From Minisyncoccota bacterium (GTDB taxonomy: Bacteria > Patescibacteriota > Minisyncoccia > Phycocordibacterales > UBA9973): a DNA stretch of 51,810 bases. Both the position numbers and the translations under genes were made by a program. Below, piece by piece: positions 1-8,649 of the stretch (positions are counted from its first letter, which is position 1; the number at the start of each line of letters is the position of its first letter). Under the pieces are notes generated by a model. That model was not told the origin of the DNA and made no database searches. It saw only the letters and a program-made list of their open reading frames with translations. The stretch covers positions 1 to 51,810 of the forward strand of contig JAIPHX010000006.1 of assembly GCA_021734995.1 (NCBI GenBank), given 5' to 3'.

Positions 1-2
1 TA

Positions 3-2690
3 AAAAATTTAATAAAAAAAGAAACACTCTTAAAGATAGTTTACTCTGTATTCTTGGTTCTTTTCTCCCTCTTTTTTGGAACGAGGGTTTTTGCTGTTGG
101 ACCATTTACTCCAGGAGAAACATTAGATCCATCTTGTAGTCCAGGAGATGTAGATTGTATTGTAAATGTGTTACCTACTCTTACTTCTGGATCTTTAGTT
201 TTCTCTGGTGGTGGAACTACTCTTTCACAAGATAATGCAAATTTGTTTTGGAACAACGACACAAAACAACTTAAAGTTTCAGATATCTCTTCTGTAGACT
301 TTTCTTTATCTGATATTCCAGCATGGCAGATCGGAGGAGATGATGGTACGGGTTATTTTAAATATAATGCAATAACTATAGGGAATAATGATGGAACTAA
401 CGCTTGGATCGCAGAAGATGGTTCTGCTAGATTTTTAAGTATACAAAATGCAGAAGGAATAAAATTCTTAGAAGCTAGTAATACAAATTTTAGATTTGGT
501 AATGAGATTGATTCTCAAGGATATTATATAAATTATAATACAAACAATGATCAAATGGTGGTTAATGGTAATAAAATAATTATTGGAGATATAGAAAATC
601 GTTCAGAAAGATTAAACTTAGAATTAGATAGTGGATATGGAACTGTTAAATTTTTAAAGGGGTCGGATCCTATTGTCTCACTTTTTGTAATAGATTCATC
701 TGGTAATGTAGGAATAGGAACAGATACTCCTGTGGCAAAATTAAGTGTGATTGGAAATTCATATATTAGTGGCAATATCGGTATTGGTGTCACTTCTCCC
801 TCCGCCCGTCTCCACCTACCAGCCGGCACTGCTACCGCTTCTACTGCACCACTAAAGTTCACAAGTGGAACACTCCTTACTACCCCAGAAGCAGGAGCAG
901 TAGAATTTCTAACAGATGCATTCTATGGCACTATCACAACAGGTGGAGCAAGAAAGACTTTTGCTTTTCTTGAGAGTCCAAGCTTTACTACTCCTACTCT
1001 TGGAGTAGCTACTGCTACCTCTCTTGCTAATGGAACATTTACTACTTCATCAGGTGCAATGACCTTTACTCCTGCTTCTGGATCTGGACTAAATATCAAT
1101 CTTGCTACTACAGGGGACTTCGCTGTAAATACCAATCAGCTTTATGTAGATACTTCTACGGGAAATGTGGGGGTGGGGACAAATGATCCAGAAGCACTTT
1201 TCCAAATTCAAGGAACCCATAGATATTTTACAGTTAGTGAAGAGTTTAAAACTGTAAATATTGGAATAGCAGAAACACCTGCACAAGATGGTATAGGTGG
1301 TATTCAAGTAGATGTATCAAATGCGTACACTCCAATTATTAAAATTGGAGATAGTTTTGAGGGTAACAATACACTACTCACCGTAGACGATGTAAATCAA
1401 AAATTCACATTTGAAGGTGGCAACGTCGGCATAGGCACCACTTCCCCTGCATACAATCTACATGTCTCAGGCACAACCGGAGGAGTTAGACTAGATAGAC
1501 TTCTGGATACTTACGGTCCATTCTTTGATTTTCAAAAAGGGGTTACCCCGACGAGAAGATGGATGATCCAAGTAGATCCACAAGGAACCGATATAGGAAG
1601 AATGGGATTTGTAGCTACTACTTTTGGAGAAGCATTTACTTTACTTCAGTCTGGTAACATCGGTATCGGAGCAACCACCCCCTCCACCAAACTAGAAATA
1701 GGCTCTTCTGACTTAGGAGATGGAGTAGCCGGTCCAGTCATTACTCTAGGAAGAAACACTAATGCTACCAATACAGGAGCAGGATCAATCAACTTCTTAG
1801 CTAAAGGTGGTACAGCAGGATATGTCTGGCAAGATGCAGCAGGAAATATGAGAATACACACTAGTGCTCCAAGTAATGCTAATGATACAGCAGGGACTGT
1901 CATAGGAGCCCAGACTTCTACAAGAGATACCAAGCAAGACATAGAAGACTATACAGATTACAATGATGCATTAGATAAAATACTAAATACTCCATTACAT
2001 ACATTTAGATACATCAAAGAAGTAGAAGGATATGGTACTGACTCTCCTCTAGCTAAAACAAGACTTGGATACATTGCAGATGAAGTAGATCCAATCTTCA
2101 TGGTAGGTAATGTCATAGATCAAGTATCAGTCAATGGTATATTGATAGCTTCCATTAAAGCTCTAAATCTAAAATTAAACGATATCAATAATCTAGAAAA
2201 AGAGAACACTTGGAGAGATGCTATTACTGCGTGGCTAGGGAATGCAATGAATGGTATTGGGGACTTTTTTGCGAATAGGGTGAATACAAAAGAGCTTTGT
2301 GTTCAGAAATCGGATGGGCAAAATGTTTGTTTGACAGGGGACCAGCTTGAAAATTTGTTGAATAATATAAATTCTTCCCAAACTATTATTATAAACAACG
2401 GAGGATCTTCCAATACCACAGAAGAGAATACGGATGAAAACATTACTGAAAATAATTCTGAAAACATAGACTCCGCAGAAGAAACTGGTACTTCCACAGA
2501 TACGGAAGATGTTGCAGACGAGACAGATAACACAGAAGAAAATACTGAACAAGCAGAAGAAACAAATACTTTTGTAGAAGATACAGAGACAGAGGTAGAA
2601 GAGACCACTACCAACACAGACAATACAAACTCTGAAGATACTTCTGAGCAGACAGAAGAGACTAATATGATAGAAGAAAATATTAATTAA
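3..2690 (+). CDS. Large secreted/surface protein with GNVGIGT repeats, Peptidase_S74 (intramolecular chaperone) domain and acidic tail; 5'-truncated by window edge
   Basis: The frame is open from base 3 (KNLIKKETLLKIVYSVFLVLFSLFFGTRVFA, signal-peptide-like), so the real start is probably just left of the window rather than at TTG 54. Repeated GNVGIGT/GNIGIG motifs. S74-like segment STRDTKQDI...LGYIADEV...SVNGILIASIKAL at about 1917-2190. E/T/D/N-rich C-terminus. Confidence 0.75.
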   Translation, partial: KNLIKKETLLKIVYSVFLVLFSLFFGTRVFAVGPFTPGETLDPSCSPGDVDCIVNVLPTLTSGSLVFSGGGTTLSQDNANLFWNNDTKQLKVSDISSVDFSLSDIPAWQIGGDDGTGYFKYNAITIGNNDGTNAWIAEDGSARFLSIQNAEGIKFLEASNTNFRFGNEIDSQGYYINYNTNNDQMVVNGNKIIIGDIENRSERLNLELDSGYGTVKFLKGSDPIVSLFVIDSSGNVGIGTDTPVAKLSVIGNSYISGNIGIGVTSPSARLHLPAGTATASTAPLKFTSGTLLTTPEAGAVEFLTDAFYGTITTGGARKTFAFLESPSFTTPTLGVATATSLANGTFTTSSGAMTFTPASGSGLNINLATTGDFAVNTNQLYVDTSTGNVGVGTNDPEALFQIQGTHRYFTVSEEFKTVNIGIAETPAQDGIGGIQVDVSNAYTPIIKIGDSFEGNNTLLTVDDVNQKFTFEGGNVGIGTTSPAYNLHVSGTTGGVRLDRLLDTYGPFFDFQKGVTPTRRWMIQVDPQGTDIGRMGFVATTFGEAFTLLQSGNIGIGATTPSTKLEIGSSDLGDGVAGPVITLGRNTNATNTGAGSINFLAKGGTAGYVWQDAAGNMRIHTSAPSNANDTAGTVIGAQTSTRDTKQDIEDYTDYNDALDKILNTPLHTFRYIKEVEGYGTDSPLAKTRLGYIADEVDPIFMVGNVIDQVSVNGILIASIKALNLKLNDINNLEKENTWRDAITAWLGNAMNGIGDFFANRVNTKELCVQKSDGQNVCLTGDQLENLLNNINSSQTIIINNGGSSNTTEENTDENITENNSENIDSAEETGTSTDTEDVADETDNTEENTEQAEETNTFVEDTETEVEETTTNTDNTNSEDTSEQTEETNMIEENIN

Positions 2691-2748
2691 TGTTTTTAGA
2701 AAATAAACCAATGCAATTATCAACACTATATAGTATAATAAAAATGTT

Positions 2749-3894
2749 ATGAGTTTTAATTTTAAAAAATACTTTTTTCTATTGATATTGTTGTGCTTAC
2801 CTTTTGTGAATGTTTTTGCCTCAGAAACAAATGGTACAATAGATGCTACTGATAAAAGCGCTTTACTTTGCCACAATAATGACTGCTCTACTTCTAGTAG
2901 GATAAATTTTAAGCCGACTAATGGCACACCTGTAGCGGTTACTGATACAGCTTTGACTGGAAATGTATGGTCTGCGAATTATGGTTGGATAAGATTGGAT
3001 CCGACTAATAGTGGAGTTACAAATACAGAAGAAGGAGTGCTTGGTGGATATGCTTGGGGAGAAAATACAGGTTGGATAAATTTTGCTCCAACAAATGGGG
3101 GAGTGACTATTACAGATGAAGGTGAGTTCACTGGCTATGCTTGGTCTCAAAATACAGGTTGGATAAAATTTGATTGTCTTGTAACAAATGCTTGCGTAAA
3201 GACTGATTGGCGTCCAGCTAGTGTCCGTGATGGAGAAGAGGGAGGGGGTAGTGGTGGCGGTTCTGGCGGTGGAGGCAGTAGCGGATCCACTACTAGTGGA
3301 AGTGTAGGAAATGTGTTTATTCCACCAATTATTCCTGCTTTACCGCCTGTAGTAATAACTACTCCAAGCATTCCTCCTGTGTTGCCACCACAAGTGCCTG
3401 TTGTAAGGCCTGCAGAGAAACCAACTGTAAATAATACAAATATAGTCAGTCCAGATAATTCCCAGAGTTCCAATTTTCTTCCAGAAAATATAGAGCCAAA
3501 AAGTCTGCCGATTTCTCAAGAAACAATAAAATTAAACGACCCCAGAGCTTCTGTATTTAGAGAAGTATTAGGGGAAAGTAATTCCGTCACTTTGTTTGTT
3601 GAAACTTTTGTAAATAAAGTAGACAGACTATTCTTAGCAACAGCAAACTACAACAGAAACTTCTTTGAAAAAGTAGCGATCGCTTCAAATACTATTTGGG
3701 ATAATATAAGCAACACTTCAAAAAATATTTTCCAAAAAGTGGCACAAGTATCAACCAATACTTTTGAAAAAATAAAAGATGTTGTGGTCAATACGACGCT
3801 GATTACTATTCCACAAGTGGTAAATACAATAATTGACAGCACTTCTTCTATTTTTCAAAAACTATTTAATTCACTATCTGGGCTCTTTTCATAA
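2749..3894 (+). CDS. Secreted protein with three GxxWxxNxGWIxF/L repeats, Gly/Ser linker and Pro-rich stalk
   Basis: Signal peptide (..VNVFA), then GNVWSANYGWIRL, GYAWGENTGWINF and GYAWSQNTGWIKF, followed by GGGSGGGS and PPIIPALPPVV. Confidence 0.7.
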   Translation: MSFNFKKYFFLLILLCLPFVNVFASETNGTIDATDKSALLCHNNDCSTSSRINFKPTNGTPVAVTDTALTGNVWSANYGWIRLDPTNSGVTNTEEGVLGGYAWGENTGWINFAPTNGGVTITDEGEFTGYAWSQNTGWIKFDCLVTNACVKTDWRPASVRDGEEGGGSGGGSGGGGSSGSTTSGSVGNVFIPPIIPALPPVVITTPSIPPVLPPQVPVVRPAEKPTVNNTNIVSPDNSQSSNFLPENIEPKSLPISQETIKLNDPRASVFREVLGESNSVTLFVETFVNKVDRLFLATANYNRNFFEKVAIASNTIWDNISNTSKNIFQKVAQVSTNTFEKIKDVVVNTTLITIPQVVNTIIDSTSSIFQKLFNSLSGLFS

Positions 3895-3920
3895 AATAAT
3901 TTTATGGTAAGATAGAGCTT

Positions 3921-5318
3921 ATGAAAATATTAAAATATTTGGTCGTTTTTTTGTTTGTTAGTTTAGTTTCATTACCAGTTTTTAATTTATTTGCTAGTGG
4001 AGATGCAGGGGAAGTAGGAGGTCATACTGCTTTTGCATCCACTTTCTTATGGATTGCGGTTATCCTTATTTTTGCCAAAGTAGCTAGTTTGGTAGAAAAA
4101 GTAGGTCAACCAGCAGTGCTTGGAGAGCTTGTAATGGGTGTAGTTCTTGGTAACCTTGGGTTACTTGGAATACACTTTTTAGATCCTATTGGCACTGATA
4201 GTATAATTGCTTTTTTGGCAGAGCTTGGAGTGGTCGTATTGTTGTTCCAGATTGGCTTGGAGTCAAACATCACTGAAATGCGTAAGGTGGGAGCAAAAGC
4301 TTTCATTGTAGCAGTGATTGGTGTCGTGGTTCCTTTTTTGCTTGGAACATACCTTATCGGTCCATGGCTTCTACCTGATTTTGCATTTATCACTCATCTT
4401 TTTGTGGGTGCTACTTTGACGGCTACTTCTGTGGGTATTACAGCTAGAGTATTTAAAGATTTAGGAACACTTAATTCCAAAGAATCTCAGATAGTATTGG
4501 GAGCAGCGGTAATAGACGATGTTCTTGGGCTTATTATCTTAGCTGTCGTGTCTGCTATTGCTACAGTCGGAGCAGTAGGGTTTGGTTTGATCGGATGGAT
4601 TACAGCAAAAGCTGTATTGTTTTTAGTTGGGGCTATTGTGATAGGGCAGTTTGGTGCTCCATATGTAGGAAAAGCATTGTCAAAAATTCACACAGGCCAT
4701 GGAATGAAATTTACTTTCGCAATATCTTTTGGATTATTGCTTGCATATTTAGCTCATTTGATTGGGCTTGCTCCGATCATAGGAGCTTTTGCTGCGGGTC
4801 TTGTGCTTGACGCAGTGCATTTTAAGACTTTCCGCAACCCAAAGATTGCTACTGAAATAGATGAAATTGCAGAAAAATTACCAGAAGAGCCAAAAGGATT
4901 ATTACAAAAAATTTCTCACGAATTTTCACATAAGCATGTAGAAGATTTGATAGAGCCATTATCGTTTTTCTTAGTACCGATCTTCTTCTTGATGACAGGG
5001 TTTAATGTAAAATTAGAATCTTTGTTTTCAGGAGAAGTGCTACTTCTTGCTTTGATTATTACCGTAGTCGCTATTATTGGTAAAGTAGTGGCAGGACTTG
5101 GAGCAGGGAAGGTAAACAAGCTTTTGGTAGGATTTGGTATGGTGCCTAGAGGGGAAGTAGGATTGATCTTCGTGATGATTGGAAGATCTCTAGGAGTGGT
5201 CTCTGATCAGTTGTTCTCTGCAATTGTCGTAATGGTCATTTTGACTACTTTGTGTACTCCTCCAATTTTGACTTATTTGATTAAAAAAGAGAAAAATAAA
5301 AGTTTAGCACAAGCTTAA
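3921..5318 (+). CDS. Cation:proton antiporter (CPA2, KefB/NapA family)
   Basis: About 12 hydrophobic segments; motifs LAELGVVVLLFQIGLE, TATSVGIT, AAVIDDVLG and GMVPRGEVGLI. Confidence 0.92.
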   Translation: MKILKYLVVFLFVSLVSLPVFNLFASGDAGEVGGHTAFASTFLWIAVILIFAKVASLVEKVGQPAVLGELVMGVVLGNLGLLGIHFLDPIGTDSIIAFLAELGVVVLLFQIGLESNITEMRKVGAKAFIVAVIGVVVPFLLGTYLIGPWLLPDFAFITHLFVGATLTATSVGITARVFKDLGTLNSKESQIVLGAAVIDDVLGLIILAVVSAIATVGAVGFGLIGWITAKAVLFLVGAIVIGQFGAPYVGKALSKIHTGHGMKFTFAISFGLLLAYLAHLIGLAPIIGAFAAGLVLDAVHFKTFRNPKIATEIDEIAEKLPEEPKGLLQKISHEFSHKHVEDLIEPLSFFLVPIFFLMTGFNVKLESLFSGEVLLLALIITVVAIIGKVVAGLGAGKVNKLLVGFGMVPRGEVGLIFVMIGRSLGVVSDQLFSAIVVMVILTTLCTPPILTYLIKKEKNKSLAQA

Positions 5319-5333
5319 TATTTGTTTTTCCAC

Positions 5334-5365
5334 AAAAAAAGCACCACGAAAGTGGTGTTTTTTTT
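5334..5365 (+). terminator. Intrinsic terminator (bidirectional type)
   Basis: aaaaaaa-gcaccac-gaaa-gtggtgt-ttttttt immediately after the antiporter gene. Confidence 0.85.
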
Positions 5366-5396
5366 GTTTGAAATTTTAAGATATATATGATAATAT

Positions 5397-5660
5397 ATGA
5401 CAATGGATCCAGATTCAAAAGCTAAACTCGATGAACTTATTCGCTTAGTAGAAGACAACAACAAAGCAATACGAGAAGTAAGGAGATATATAAGAGTAGG
5501 GCATTTTTTGAGGGTAGTGTATTGGATTTTTATCCTAGGTACTGCATTTAGTGCATATTATTTTGCTCAACCTTACTTGGGTCAAGTAAAAAACACTTTT
5601 GAAGATACAAAGAGTGATATAGATGGTATAAGTTCTTTTTTGGAAGGTTTTAAGAAATAG
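5397..5660 (+). CDS. Hypothetical single-TM protein
   Basis: 87 aa with a coiled-coil-like N-terminus and one TM (VVYWIFILGTAFSAYYF); TGATAAT promoter-like element just upstream. Confidence 0.7.
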   Translation: MTMDPDSKAKLDELIRLVEDNNKAIREVRRYIRVGHFLRVVYWIFILGTAFSAYYFAQPYLGQVKNTFEDTKSDIDGISSFLEGFKK

Positions 5661-5664
5661 TAAT

Positions 5665-5737
5665 GCCGAGATAGCTCAGTTGGTAGAGCGCTCCCCTGAA
5701 GAGGGATAGGTCCCCAGTTCAATTCTGGGTCTCGGCA
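5665..5737 (+). tRNA. trnF: tRNA-Phe (GAA)
   Basis: Acceptor gccgaga/tctcggc, D arm gctcagttggtagagc, anticodon loop ctGAAga, T arm cccag-ttcaatt-ctggg; CCA not encoded. Confidence 0.95.
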
Positions 5738-5771
5738 CATAAATGATTAATAAAACTAATTTTGTTAATTT

Positions 5772-6266
5772 ATGAATAAGAAAGGTTTTACTCTGATAGA
5801 ATTGCTAGTTGTTGTTGCAATTATTGGTGTATTGTCTAGTGTTGTTATTGGATCAGTCAATAAATCAAGAGTAAAAGCAAGAGATACACAACGTTGGAAT
5901 GATATTGTCCAAATACAAAATGCACTAGAACTTTATTATTCTGATTTTGGACATTACCCAAAAAGATTTTGGGCACAGACTACAGGTGTTTCAGGTGGAT
6001 GTCTTGACGGAAATTCACAATGGTGTGATTTACAAAATGATTTAACTCCGTATGGATTAAAAAAAATTAGTGACCCGCAAGGTGTTGGTAATTATGATCA
6101 ATATTATTACAGATCAACTGTTGGAGATAACTATCAAACATATGGTTTTATGCTTCGTTTTGAAGATTCGGCAAATATTGCAAAACAAGCTACAGACGGA
6201 GGATATAGTGCCTCTTATTACGAAGTAGGGCAAAGGCCAAGGTTATTGTATGACAAAATATCCTAA
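5772..6266 (+). CDS. Type IV pilin/pseudopilin; C-terminus probably lost through a frameshift (intact end at 6336)
   Basis: KKGFTLIELLVVVAIIGVL class III signal peptide. The +1 frame from about 6241 reads GYCMTKYPKIPPAVSSWWGSSDSFVCLNDGN* with two Cys. Confidence 0.88.
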   Translation: MNKKGFTLIELLVVVAIIGVLSSVVIGSVNKSRVKARDTQRWNDIVQIQNALELYYSDFGHYPKRFWAQTTGVSGGCLDGNSQWCDLQNDLTPYGLKKISDPQGVGNYDQYYYRSTVGDNYQTYGFMLRFEDSANIAKQATDGGYSASYYEVGQRPRLLYDKIS

Positions 6267-6450
6267 GATCCCTCCTGCTGTTTCTAGTTGGTGGGGTAGT
6301 TCAGATAGTTTTGTTTGTCTCAATGATGGCAATTAATAAATTAGTTTTTAAATTCATTAAAAAATGTACAGATATGTTGTTTTTTCTGTTGCTTTTAATT
6401 ATTTAAAAAAGTAGTATAATTTGTGTATTATAATTTAATTTATATTTTAT

Positions 6451-6717
6451 ATGACAATTGATAAAAATGGTATGGAAAATTTTAAGATACCCAATCAAGT
6501 TGCATAAGATGCTCTTACAGAAAGATTTGATCCTAAAACAAATCTTCCTGAGTCTAGATTAATAGAGCTAGAAGCAGATCTAGAACAAAGAAAAGAACAA
6601 GAATCTGGAAAACCTAATGATAATGGGCATTACTTACAAGAATTAGCAGAAAGAGAAGCAAAAATAAAAGAGATTAGGGAGAGAATAGAAGAAAGTTATA
6701 AAAAAGGTACTAATTAA
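6451..6717 (+). pseudogene. 88-codon coiled-coil-like ORF interrupted by an in-frame TAA
   Basis: MTIDKNGMENFKIPNQVA*DALTERFDPKTNLPESRLIELEADLEQRKEQ...KKGTN*. The stop is at 6505-6507 and the reading continues in the same frame. A TAGTATAAT promoter-like element lies upstream. Confidence 0.6.
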
Positions 6718-6723
6718 TTTTTT

Positions 6724-6751
6724 TTGACATTTTTTTATCTTGTGTTATATT
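6724..6751 (+). promoter_or_regulatory. Sigma70 promoter of attenuator leader
   Basis: TTGACA 6724-6729, 16-nt spacer, extended -10 TG-T-TATATT (6746-6751); ATG follows 6 nt later. Confidence 0.7.
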
Positions 6752-6757
6752 CATATT

Positions 6758-6835
6758 ATGATATTAAAAATTAAAAACATAAATAATGTTCGTCGCACAA
6801 TCTCAAAATTTGAGGTTGTCTTCGAGTGTTTCTAA
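6758..6835 (+). CDS. Putative attenuator leader peptide MILKIKNINNVRRTISKFEVVFECF
   Basis: Leaderless ATG. Tandem Arg codons CGT CGC (6791-6796) sit directly before hairpin segment 1. Confidence 0.6.
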   Translation: MILKIKNINNVRRTISKFEVVFECF

Positions 6836-6891
6836 TTTTTTACTATAATAATTAAACTTTCCAAAACAGCCTCAAAAGAGGTTGTTTTTTT
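6797..6891 (+). promoter_or_regulatory. Four-segment transcription attenuator (1:2, 2:3, 3:4 terminator)
   Basis: seg1 acaatctcaa 6797-6806; seg2 ttgaggttgt 6810-6819; seg3 acagcctcaa 6866-6875; seg4 gaggttgt 6878-6885 followed by a T7 tract. Confidence 0.72.
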
Positions 6892-6926
6892 CTGTGTGAT
6901 ATTTAATAGTTAAAAATAAAAATAAA

Positions 6927-8600
6927 ATGAAAAAATTAAAATTAGTTATAGTTGGGGCAGGTCCTAAAGCTCTTAATATTCTAGCTAAGGCCCAAGCTTT
7001 AAAAAATAATGGTTGGGATGTTCCAGAAATTATTGTATTAGAAAAAAATGAAATTGGAGCAAATTGGTCTGGTAATTATGGTTATACTGATGGAAAAGGA
7101 GTCTTGGGTATTTCTCCTCTCAAAGTTTTTAATTACCCATCTAAATCTATTTTTGGAGAAGCAGTTATTTCTGATATGGATAAATATTCTTTTATAAAAT
7201 ATCTTACTCATACTGAAGGTCTTGAAAAGTGGGTTGATGGAGGAATGGGGTGGATCTTACATAAAGAATTTTCTGATTATCTAAAGTGGATAGGAGGATT
7301 TTTCCCTAAGAATATTTGTTTTGGAGAGGTAGTAAAAGTAAATACAAAAAACAAGCAATGGATTGTGACTTATAAAAATAAAAATAACACAAAAGAGATT
7401 GTGTGTGATGGTCTGGTATTTACTGGTCCAGGAGAAATATCAAATCCTTTTCCTATCAAGCCTGATGGTATAAGAGTGTTTGACGCAAAGAATTGGTGGA
7501 AAGATAAAAAAGATATTAATTTCTATGGAAAATTAGCTTTAATAGGAGGTGGAATTTCAGCAGGATCAATATTTGAATCTATCAGTAAAGATATGCTCAC
7601 TTTAGACTGGTATTCGAGGAGAGGATTGTTTACAAGAAGTGAAAATTTTGCTAACAATCAAAGATTCTCTGTCCCTGATTTGTGGCAACAGGTTCCTTTT
7701 TCTGTTAGGAAATCGTTTATATCTGCGACAGATAGAGGTTCTTTGGATTCAACAACACACAATTATATGGTAGCCAGTAGTCATTCTTTCAAGGAAATAA
7801 TTTGCGAGATAAATAAGGTAGAGATAATTGATAAAAAAATTAAAATCTCTTTTAAAGATGGTTTAAATTATAAAGAAAGGATTTATGACCAAATAATTTT
7901 GTGTACTGGTTTTGATAATATGGGTTTTTTAAATCTTTTTGCTGAAAACATAAAAAAAGAACTAAAAGAAAATATTGAAGAAAAAATTGAACCTGATTTA
8001 TCCGTGCTTGGATTAATTCCAAAATTATATTTACCAATGCTTTCTTATTTAAACGTTGGTATAGGATGTGCAACATTAGGTAGCCCATCAATTATGTCAG
8101 ATAGAGTATTGTCTTCTTTGGTTTCCAAGAAATCTAATTGTGAGAAAAATAAAAATGTAAAAGTATTCAAAGGAAGTTTGAAAGGAGATTATTTGATAGC
8201 ACAAAAAACTTTTTCCGCTGGAGAAATTTTAGTAAATGGGTATGCAACAAAAATCAGTACGCAAAGGACTACCACTTCTGTGCAAATAGGTATTGATTTA
8301 CACATGGAACCTTCTTTCTTTTTTGTAAAAGCAAATCATAGTTGTAATCCAAATTGTGGTATAAAATTAAATAATTCTGGTGGTTATTCTTTAGTAGCAA
8401 TGAAGGAAATAAAAAAAGGAGAAGAAATTACTTGGGATTATGCAATGTCAGAATGGGAGTCTATCGCGCTTGAAAATACGAATTGCAAGTGTGGTAGTTC
8501 TATTTGTAGAGGTGCTGTTGGTGGATATAAAGATTTATCACTAAAAATAAAACAAAAATACATTGGTTTCACTGCTCCATATCTAAAATATTTGGAATAA
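6927..8600 (+). CDS. Fusion: MbtG-like (SidA/IucD/PvdA family) flavin-dependent lysine N6-monooxygenase + SET/post-SET methyltransferase
   Basis: N-terminal VIVGAGPKA FAD motif, GANW..GYTDG...SP, IGGG NADPH motif, FTR, TDRG and PKLYLP..SDRVL all match my recollection of mycobacterial MbtG. The C-terminus has NHSCNPN, EEITWDY and CKCGSSICRG, the SET/post-SET signatures. Confidence 0.85.
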   Translation: MKKLKLVIVGAGPKALNILAKAQALKNNGWDVPEIIVLEKNEIGANWSGNYGYTDGKGVLGISPLKVFNYPSKSIFGEAVISDMDKYSFIKYLTHTEGLEKWVDGGMGWILHKEFSDYLKWIGGFFPKNICFGEVVKVNTKNKQWIVTYKNKNNTKEIVCDGLVFTGPGEISNPFPIKPDGIRVFDAKNWWKDKKDINFYGKLALIGGGISAGSIFESISKDMLTLDWYSRRGLFTRSENFANNQRFSVPDLWQQVPFSVRKSFISATDRGSLDSTTHNYMVASSHSFKEIICEINKVEIIDKKIKISFKDGLNYKERIYDQIILCTGFDNMGFLNLFAENIKKELKENIEEKIEPDLSVLGLIPKLYLPMLSYLNVGIGCATLGSPSIMSDRVLSSLVSKKSNCEKNKNVKVFKGSLKGDYLIAQKTFSAGEILVNGYATKISTQRTTTSVQIGIDLHMEPSFFFVKANHSCNPNCGIKLNNSGGYSLVAMKEIKKGEEITWDYAMSEWESIALENTNCKCGSSICRGAVGGYKDLSLKIKQKYIGFTAPYLKYLE

Positions 8601-8628
8601 AAAAAGAGGGGAGTGAACCCTCTTTTTT
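8599..8628. terminator. Bidirectional intrinsic terminator
   Basis: aaaaaaagaggg-gagtgaa-ccctctttttt between convergent genes. Confidence 0.8.
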
Positions 8629-8649
8629 GGAAACCCTATTATATGTGTT

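Noticed and set aside
5691-5707. C-U mismatch at the top of the tRNA-Phe anticodon stem, suggesting a pseudo-tRNA
   Set aside because: All other arms are canonical, and a single 27-43 mismatch is tolerated in functional tRNAs.
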